Positions 1 through 9,200 of a stretch of DNA of 11,156 nt are shown in pieces; the first letter of the stretch is position 1; each line of letters starts with the position of its first letter. The notes beneath the pieces were generated by a model. The model searched no databases, had not been told where the DNA came from, and worked only from the letters and a program-made list of their open reading frames with translations. A program made the position numbers and the translations under genes. The DNA comes from Chthoniobacterales bacterium (GTDB taxonomy: Bacteria; Verrucomicrobiota; Verrucomicrobiia; Chthoniobacterales; Chthoniobacteraceae), in contig JBBQZX010000047.1 in the NCBI GenBank assembly GCA_038207335.1, forward strand, positions 1 through 11,156, in the 5' to 3' direction.

Positions 1-178
1 CCACTCCCCCACTCCAATTCACACCATCTTTCCAATCCCCTCCCGCCCCATTGATCCACGCCACCGCCGCCGGCGCGATTCGTGCCTCCAACGGCTCAGG
101 CAGATTGAAGTGACACGACGCCGCGGAGCTCTGCAAACGGCTCCGCCGCGACACCGCGCGGGAAAAGAACGAGTTCAT
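1..178 (-). CDS. N-terminus of a LEPR-XLL/planctomycete-extracellular-leader-type secreted protein, 3'-truncated by the window edge (not in the ORF track)
   Basis: Manual translation from ATG at 178..176: MNSFFSRAVSRRSRLQSSAASCHFNLPEPLEARIAPAAVAWINGAGGDWKDGVNWSGGV, with no stop before the edge. It contains EPLEARIAPA (97..68) and the W-x-x-x-x-GG-x-W-x-x-x-x-NWS motif that opens many beta-solenoid surface proteins. An alternative in-frame ATG lies at 202..200. Confidence 0.9.
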   Translation of the reverse strand, partial: MNSFFSRAVSRRSRLQSSAASCHFNLPEPLEARIAPAAVAWINGAGGDWKDGVNWSGGV

Positions 179-197
179 AAGTGAAGGACCGCCGCGG

Positions 198-226
198 ATC
201 ATTTCACCAAATCCCGACCCGCGCAA
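198..226 (-). promoter_or_regulatory. Weak candidate sigma70-type promoter for the 178..1 gene
   Basis: TTGCGC (226..221), N17, AATGAT (203..198), ending ~20 nt upstream of the ATG. Matches to consensus are only 3/6 and 4/6. Confidence 0.15.
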
Positions 227-267
227 GCTGGCACAGCGGAATTCGCTCAGACCTCGTGTGGACTGAA

Positions 268-287
268 GCGCCGTCGAAGGCGCGGCG
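268..287 (-). terminator. Weak GC hairpin immediately after the stop codon; doubtful as an intrinsic terminator
   Basis: Minus strand GCGCC-TTCGAC-GGCGC (283..268) gives a 5-bp stem. An alternative stem is CGCCG/CGGCG. Only TT follows, so there is no U-tract. Confidence 0.2.
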
Positions 288-3200
288 TCAGACCGTCCGC
301 ACGACGACTTCCCCGGCGTCGCCGATGCCGTTGCTGTCCAAGTCGATGACCGCGCCGTTCGACGTGAACGCTGTTACCACCGCACTCGTGCCGATTTTCA
401 GGCTCTTGAGTGCGAGCGATTCGATCGCGTCGGTGTGATCGAAAAGACTCGCGAGGATCGGCGTGCCCGCGCCGCTCGCCGCGCCGATTTTCACCGCGCC
501 GATTTTGCTCCGCGTGGAAAGCCCGCCGGTCGCGCCCGCGAAATCGTTGCTCGTGCCGAAAAGGAAATCTGCGCCGGGAGCAATCCCCGCCGCGACGGTA
601 CTCATGGCGAAGCGCCCGCCGACGGTGAGCGAAGCGATCGAGGCGTGCGCGTTGTAGCTGTCATCGCCGGTCAGGAAGATTGCGTCGCCGCTCACATCCG
701 CGCCCGCGACGAACCAATCGCGGTCCGCATTTTTCCCAACCGCGATCGCACCCAAATTTCCGCTCGCGACGATTTGCGAATTCTCGAATGAGCCGGAGAC
801 CTTGATGAAACCAATGCCCGCGGCCCTCAGGTCATTTGCGACCACGATCGAGCGCCCTTGTCCCGCGAAAAAGAAACTCGCCGAGACCGTCCCCGCGTCC
901 TTGTTTTTTGCGGAGACATTCAGTCCCGCGATGCTGCCTCCGGCGCGCGCAACGACGCTGTCGAGTTGCGTCGTCGTCGCGTCGCCGCTGGCGTTGAACG
1001 CGCCGATATTTCGTCCAGCGATGAAGTTCGCAAACGCCGCCGCTTCATTCACTGATGCGGTCGCGCGGCCCTTCGAGACTTTCAAAGTGACGGCTCCGAT
1101 GTCCGTGCTGGCGTTGAAATTCACGCGCTGCGTCGAAGCCACATCGAGCGCCACATTCGCCTCCGCCGCGCCGCCAGCGGAGGCGGAAATTTTCCCGATC
1201 GAGCCACCGGCATTGAAGTTCACGTCGAAGTTCTCGGCCTGGATCGCGGCAGCGCGGCCGCTCACCGGAGATCTGCTCGTCACGAGCGCGACCGCGCTCA
1301 CGTTTCCGAGATTGTTGTGCGCGAAAAAGTCTGTCTCCCGAATCGCGGCAAGCTGCGCGGTCGCGGCCGGAGAGGACGCCTTCGCGGTGATCGCTCCGAT
1401 GGATCCGCCGTCGCTGGCGAAGGTCGGAATGTCGATCGCGATGCCGTCGGTCAGCGCGGTGCCCGTCACGCTCGCCGAGATATTGCCGATGTTTCCGGTC
1501 GTCGCGTGAAACAGTCCGCCGAAGAATCCGCGAGCGATCGTCATCGTGCCGGTCACGCTCGCGGTGAGGTTTCCGATGCTTCGCGCCTCGATCAAATTGG
1601 TGTCGATGGAGGCGACATCTGCGGTCTGATTGCTCAGTTTTGCGGTGATGTTTCCGATGCTTCCGCCGAGCGCGCGGATCGTGCTCGAGGCCAGCGGGCC
1701 GCTGGAAACCGTGATGTTTCCGATGTTCCCCGAGAGCGCCGCGATCGTCGATGCGCCGATCGAACCCGCGCCAATGGCACCGATCGAAGCGGCTGAAAGT
1801 TGCGTGCTCACCGCACCCTTGATTTTCAAGTTTCCGAGCGCGCCTTCGACTTGGAACGCCGTGCCGAACAGCCCGCCAGCCTTGATATTGACAGGCCCGA
1901 GCGTCGCCGTGCCGGCGTAAAGCCCACCGCCATCGACATCGACTGATGCGCGGAAATCGCCCGCGGTGACGTTGAGTCCGGCCACGCTTTGCCGCGATCC
2001 GAGCACCCCATCGAAGGCCCACGAAAGCACATTCACCACGCCGACTTTCGTCGCGAAATCCGTGGTGATTCCCTCACCGAGGGCGTCCCGGAATTTCACG
2101 TTGAGCGTCGTTTGGGCGACCGCGACATCGCTCAGCGTGCCGCCGATTTTGAGCTGCGTGAATGCCGCGATGTCGCCGAGCGCGAGCGACTTCACGGCGC
2201 CACCGATCACGAAATCGTCCGCGCCGTCGTCGTAGCCGTCGCCGAGCACGACACTGCTGCTGAGAGAAATGGATCCGAGCGCACCCGCGCTCGTGATGCG
2301 TCCGACATTCACGCTGCCGCCACTCGCCGTCGTGATCTTCAGCGCCGTTTTTATATCCGTATCGGTGAGCACGATCGCGCGCAAATCCGCCGCGTCCAAA
2401 ACGCCATTCACGAGCGACACGACCCCGGAGCCATGCCCGGAAAGCTTGATGGTGACTAGCTTCCCGGTCGAGTCATGCACTTGCACCGCGTGCGCCGCGT
2501 CGAGCGTGAACGTCGTCCCTGCGACCACCATCACGCTCGCATCCGCAACCGGCGGCAGCGCCTCGTGATTCCCCGCGCCATCCAGCCCGCTCACGACGAA
2601 ATCGTACGTGTGCCCGACGACTCCGCTGAAAATCGCCGCATGATAAGTCGTCCCGAGCAGGAGCGGTTCGAACTTCCCGCCATTGTCCGAGACGAACACC
2701 TCGAACGTCGCGAGGCCGGACCCACCCGCGTCGTCCGCCCCGCTCCAGCGCACCGTGAAATCCGGTCCGCTGGTGCCGTTCGCCGAGATCGTCTCGACGT
2801 GCGTGATCGGTGCCGTCGCGTCGATGGTGTTGAAAATGGACGGCGTCTCAATCGCATCGTTGGCGTCGAAAACGATGCTCGCGTGCGCGTCGATCGTGTC
2901 GCCGGTGTGCGCACCCGTCTTGGCCGAAACGCTGTAGCTTACGAATCCCTCACCCTGCCCGCCGCTGATATTGGGCGGCAGAAAACCGAGCGACGCATCC
3001 CCCGGCACATCGCCGGTCGCCGGATCGATCGCGCTCAGCGACCAATGAACCGTGCCCGTCTGGAGGTCGATCGACGCCGAGAAATCCACGAACACCCCGA
3101 GAGTCGCGACGGCATCCACGCGTTGCGTGAACGAGCTGCGTCCGTCGGGAATGACGTAGGTTTTTCCGCCAAATCCAAACTGCGTGACGCGGAACGTCGA

Positions 3201-6200
3201 GAAGTCCAAATCCGCATCGAGCGTCTCGGTGACGAAGACCTCCGCCGCCGATGCGGACGCGGTCGCGACATTTTCAAAATGGATCGTGTACGGCAGCGTC
3301 GCGGTGGCAGCGACGAAATGCGCGTCACCGAAACCGCCCGGCCCGATGATGTCGTTCGGGTCCACCGAGCGGACCTGGCGAATCGGCTGCGAGGGCACGG
3401 GAACGACCGGCTTTCCGGGCGCACCGGGAGGCCCGGACGGCGGCGGTGGCGGTGGCGGCGGTGGGTTGCATTCGGCGTTGTCGCCGCCCGAGTTGGCCTT
3501 GCAGCGCTCGTAGTCGTCGCGCTTGCCGATGGCGTTGGAGACCGCGTCGTAATACTGCTGGACGGCGTTGTCGTAGTTAGTCTTGAGGCCATCGAGGAAC
3601 TGCGCGGCGTCCCGCGAAGCAGTCAGATTGAGCGCGGACACCACTTTCTGACCGTTGAAAAGCAGGTTGAGCGCGGAGGCGATCGGCCCGCCGAACTTCA
3701 ACTGGCCCACCACTTCGGGATTCAGGGACTTCAAGAGGTTGGCGTAGGACGTCACGGCCTTCGCGGAGTCGAGCGCTCCCCGCTCGGCGGCACTGCCGAC
3801 GTCCTTGGCATCGTCCGCAAAAATGATCCGGCTCAAGTCCGCCACGAAATCCGCCAACCCAGCGTACGCGAGGCCCGCCACCACGCCGGCACCCAGCGGC
3901 ACCCCGATGCCAGCCAGCGCGGCGAGCCCCAGATAGCCGAGGCCCACATTCTTCACGTCCGTCCCGAGTTCTCCCAAAAAGATGCCGATGCTCCGAGCCG
4001 CCTGGTCGCGCAACTGCATTTCCTGCTCCTTCGCCTCCATGAAGGTGCGATCCTGCTTTTCCTTCGCCTTCACCGCGGCGTCGTAGGCGCTCTGGCACGC
4101 ATCCCCGCACGCACCGGGCGGAGGAGGCGAAATGCTTTTCACCTCGCTCTCGCTGTGCATGAGGTCCTTGTGCTGGAGCACGGTGATGAAGGTGGGCGTC
4201 TGGATCGTGGGCAGCCCGAACGAGCCGAGCGCGGACAGCGTGCTCGGAGCCGTCAGCAGCGAATGCGCGGATGCCGCCTCGACCGTTGCTGCCAGGAAAG
4301 CAGACGCCGCGGGCGAGCCGCCGGTCGCGAGCAGATCGTAGGTGAAATTTCCGAGCGCAAGGGTTTGCCCGCCGCTCAAGTTGAGCCCGGTCGCGAGGGT
4401 CGTCTCGCGCCCGCCATCGGCCTGCGCCGCCGCGCGCAAGCCGGAGCCGACCGCGGACGTGATTTCAAACGTGCCGTCTGCCAGCGACAACCCGGTGCCG
4501 AGGACGTGCCCGGCCGCGTCCGTCACGTTCACACTCGTGGCCGTGATCGGCGTGCCCGACGCATCGACGATGCGCCCCGTGACGGTCGTCGTCCCCGGCT
4601 GCAACACGACATCGCGCGCCGTCTGGCCCGCCGCGATCGTGATGCCGGTGGCCACATTCACGGCGTAGCCATCGGCGAAAGTGACGAGGTCGTAGCTGCC
4701 GGGCTGGACATTGGAAAGCAGGTAGCTGCCGTCCGTGCCGATGGGCACGATCACCGGCGCACCCCCGCCCGCCGGATAAAGCGCGACGTAGCCATCGTGC
4801 AACATTCCCGCGCCACCGTTGATCGTCACCGTGCCGGAGACGATCCCCTGCGCGGCCAGCGGCACCGTCACGCCGAAACTCCCGGAAGCGCCGACCGTCA
4901 CGTTCATTTGCGCGCCGCGAGCGTCGCCCTGAAATGCCTCGGCCACGTAGTTGCCAGCGGGCAGGTGGGAAAATTGCGCGAGCCCGTTTTCATCCACCAG
5001 CGCGAAGCCCACGATCTCACCGGACGCAGCATTTTTGATGAGCAGCACCGTGCCATCCAGCGAGCCCGCACCGCTGGTCACGGTGACGGCAAGCGTGGCC
5101 GCTCCGCTCGTCAAATCCTCCGTCGCCGTCGCCCCCGCGCCGACCACCACGCCATTCATCACGGCAAAGACCGCATCGCCCGCGAAGGCCTGTAAATCAT
5201 AGGTTCCCGGGTTTTCGAGGAGGAAAAGATAGTGCCCGCTGCCATCCGCGGTGGCCGTCGCGATCGTCTCGCCATTCTGCTTCAACGAAACCACGCCACC
5301 GCTCGCGATACCGCCGTCGGCGAGCAGCAGCGTGCCCGTGATTCGCGCCGCCACCGCACCGTGCAGATCGACGCCGGTGATCGCCGAGTCGAGCGTCGGC
5401 AGCGCCGCGTCGCCTCCCGCGGCAGCGCCCTCGAACCGCACGAAGAGGTGGTAGTTCCCGGTCGCGAGATTTTCGAAAAGGTAGTGCCCAGTGGAATCCG
5501 TGAGCGCGTTCACGACACGCCCGTCCGACGCCGTCGCGAAGACCGGCACGCCCGCGAGCGCCGCGCCCGTCGCCGTGTCCGTGACCACACCCGTGATGCT
5601 GCCGCCGGGCTTCACGGCGACGCCCACGCCGGCGCGATCTTCGCCGCTCCCGAGCGCCACGCTCACCGGCACCTGAAACGCTCCATTGCCGACCACTTCG
5701 ATGTCGTAAGTCCCCGCGGCCAGATCGCTCAGCGTGTAGTTGCCACTGCTGTCGGTCGCTGCCGAAGCCAGCACCACGCCGCCCGCTTTCGCGACGACCG
5801 TGAGGCCCGATGCGGGCTGCGCGGGATCGGTCGAGGTCACGATGCCGCTGATCGTCGCGCCATCAATCAACGCAATGTTGCCGAGCGCGTTGGTTTGGCC
5901 CGCCGCGACGGTGAGCTCACCGATGATTTTCACCACATCGCCCGGATGCGAAATGGTAAGGTCGTACGCGCCCGCGGGCAGACCGGTGAACGTAAATTGC
6001 CCGCCCGTCACCGACGCGCCAAAAACGTGCAGCGGATCGCTGTCGCCGATCGGCCGCGCGATGACGAAAGTATCGCCCGTGGGATTTCCCGAAGTGACGC
6101 TGCCAGCGATGCGCCCTTCATCGGCGAGGCTCACATCGAGCGAGACGCCACCGCCGCTCACCGCGACATTTTCGATCACCTGCCGCGCCTTGCCGGGAGC

Positions 6201-9200
6201 GGTGAAAATCAGCGTGTAAATCCCGTCGGCGAGCCCGCCGAGCGAGTACGCGCCATTCGCGTCGGCGACCGTCGCGCGAAAGGTCCCGTCGGCGGCGAGC
6301 ACCTCGATTTCCGCGCCCGCGAGGATGCTGCCGGACACCGCTGCGCCTTTGGAAAGATCGAGCGCGACGTTCGCCACATGATCGCCCGCAGAGACGAGAA
6401 GCGCGGGCGGATTCGCGATCAACGCGCCGTCGAATTGCAGCGTGTAATGTCCCGCCGAAATCCCGCTCAGCGCGAACGAACCGTCGTTCAGCGAGGTCGT
6501 CGAAAATTGCTCCAGCGTGTCGAGATTGGTCGCGATGACTTCGCGCCCCGAGACATCCACCAGCGGGTCGGCGGAATGCGCCACGCCGCGGATCGAGGTC
6601 TTCGCATCGGCGAAAGCCTGAGCCAGCGGCAGAGCCAGCAGCGCCAGCGGTTCGCGCGCGTCGCCGAGCTCCGGCGGCAGCAGTTTCGCCACCGCCGCGA
6701 GCACATCTTCATACTGCCCGTACGTCGTGCCGAGCCGCGTCTTCAGCGACGCCAGCACCGGCGCCCACGCGGCATCGCTGATCTCGACGGGCCGCAGCAG
6801 CAACTCGACGCGACCGTAATCGACGGGAGCGGCGCGATCGACTTCGGTGAGGAGAAAATTGCTGACCAATCCCTCGCCCTGCACCTCCGGCAAAAACGTG
6901 ACGTATTGTCCGCCGCGAAAGCCCGGAGCGAGCACGCCCGGATCGGCCCCGTCGCCGAGAGCCATGAGTTCGAGATAGTCGGAATGGAACCCGGGATTCC
7001 CGGGAAAACTGAACGAACCGTTGTCGGAAATCAGCACGAGCAGCGGCGCGATGAGATCGTGCCCGGTCGGGTTGCTGAAGCTCACGAGCACCGTCGCCGT
7101 TCGCCCGAGGCGAATCGCAGCCGGCGCGGCAAAGCTGAGCGTGACTTGCAGCCCGGAGTCGATCACCGGCGCGGCGAGCACGTTGAAAGCATTGTCGAGC
7201 ATCTGCGTGTCCGCGCCGCTCACGGCCTGCACATCGTAGTTGCCCGGCGCAGCACCGGTAAGATCGAAGGTCGCAAAAACCGAAGTGGCGTCGCGGACCT
7301 GCACCTTCACGGGCGTGAGCACCGCGCCGCCGAAATTCGGCACGAGGCTCAGCGCCGTCGCGGTGGAAAGCTGCGCGCCGCGGATGGTCAGCGTCACCGT
7401 GCCGTTGTTCGTGCCGGCAAACGGGCCGACACCAGTGAGCGAAAATGGGAGCGCATCCGCAGTGAGCGTGAGCGCCGCGCTGGCGCGTCCGCGCACGAGG
7501 ATGAAGTAGTTTCCGTCGAGCGAATCGGCGACGGTCAGGCTCTGCGTGGTCGAGAGCGGATCGAAGGCGAAAGCATCGCTCGCGGAGACGGTCGGCAGCG
7601 CACCGAAGCGCAGGAAAAGCTCGGCCTGTCCGGCGAGTGCGCCAGCCACTTGCACGCGCGACGAAGCGTCCGGCAGATCGACGCGAAAGAGCAGCTCCTG
7701 CCCATCGGTAATCGACGCATTCAGCGGCACGCCCGGCGTGAGCACCGGCACATCGACGTTCACGGAGCCCGCCGAGATGAGCGTGTTGTTGGCGTTGTCC
7801 GTCTCGGCGACTTGCGAGCGGCTGTCGGTGACGACGAAGACATGGAAAACGCCCGGCAGCAGCGCGGGCACCGCCGCCGTGATCGCGTCCGCATACGACG
7901 CCCCGCCCGACAGCGCTCCCGTGTGCGGCACGCGCCCAAAGAGCACCGCCGAGGAGTCGAAAATCGCGCTCCTTGAAAGATAGATCGAGTCCGTCCAGGT
8001 CGCCGCATTGGTCGGATCGGCACCCGCGTTTTGGACCTGAAAATTGATCGTCACATTCTGCCCCGAGAGGCCATTTGCCGGCACGACGATCGACTGCGGG
8101 ACGAGGTCCGCGAGCCCGCTCAGATTCCCCACCGCAAAGGTGTAAGCTGTGGCCGCGCGCGTCGGCGTGAAGACCGGCTGCACGCCATTCAGCACCGCGA
8201 AATCCCCGGCCACGCTGCCATACGACAGCAGCGCGTAATTTTGCCCCTGCGTCGGCACGAACGCCCCGTCGAGCATCAGCTCCAGCGTCCCGCCGAGCGC
8301 CGCCTGCCCGGTCGTCGTCACCTTACCGAAATGCCCGCTCGCCGACGCGCCCGCGACGTGCAGCCGGAGCGTCCCCGCGCCGGTCTGCGTGAAATTCTCC
8401 GTCACCGCCAGCGTCGCGCCCGCGCCGATTTCGATCGTGCCCGAGTTCGTCAGCGGCCCCGGCAGCGGACCCATCGGATTCGTCGGCGGATTGAAGGTCT
8501 GCGCCGCCGTGGTGAAGGTCGCGCCATTCAAAAGGCGCAGCGTTCCAGTGTTCGCGCTGAGATTCGAAAAGGGCCGAAACACCGTGCCCGCGCCGCTGAT
8601 TTCCACGGTCGCGGCATTCGTCGTGATCTTCGAAAGCGGATTATTGAAAGCGTCCGTCGTCTCCGCCGCGATCAGCCGGATCGACGCGCCGCCGGAGACT
8701 TTCCAAGTGCCGCCGAGCAGGGTGCTTTGATCCGCCGAAAGCTGCGGCACCGCGATGAACGACGGGATGAGCACCTCGCCGCTGCCCACGTCGAGTGTGC
8801 CGCTGTTGCTGAAAGTCGTCGGCGAAATATTCAGCGTCCCCGTGCCGCTGAGGCGCTGGATCGTGCCCGCATTCACGAGCGTCCCGCCGCTCCCGGCCGT
8901 CGCCACGTTGATCGCATCGGCGCGGAAAATCACGGTGCCGCCGGCGGAGTTCGTGAAGTCCGAGCCGTTGATGACCGAGAGCGCCGCGGACGCTGTCGTG
9001 CTGAAATCGAACGTGCCGGAATTCGACACGTCCGTGTTGTCGAAGACCAGACCGAACGCGACCGTCATCGTCGCGCCGCTCTGCACCGTCCATCCGCTCA
9101 GATTCTTGAACGACGGTAGCCCCGAGACCGCCCACGTCGCGCCCGCCGGCGTCACCAGCCCGCCCGGCCCGTTGAGCGTCACCTGCACGATGCTCGTATT

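Noticed and set aside
134..151. Twin-arginine-like SRRSRL in the leader
   Set aside because: It lacks the F-L-K consensus and a following hydrophobic H-region. It is better explained as the basic part of a LEPR-XLL-type leader.
228..246. Sigma54-like TGGCAC on the + strand
   Set aside because: There is no GC at the -12 position (TT at 242-243), and it points antisense to both genes.
291..1200. Possible autotransporter beta-barrel, given the passenger-like N-terminus
   Set aside because: The C-terminus lacks alternating aromatic amphipathic strands and a terminal Phe/Trp, and it has solenoid-type repeats instead.
3438..3464. (CGG/TGG)n tract as a phase-variation repeat
   Set aside because: An interrupted trinucleotide run encoding poly-Pro; changes would be in frame.
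2475..9119. Very long plus-strand ORFs (906, 914 and 362 aa)
   Set aside because: They are codon-for-codon antisense to the giant gene and stay open because TTA/CTA/TCA codons are rare in high-GC genes. The translations are Arg/His-rich with no recognisable motifs.
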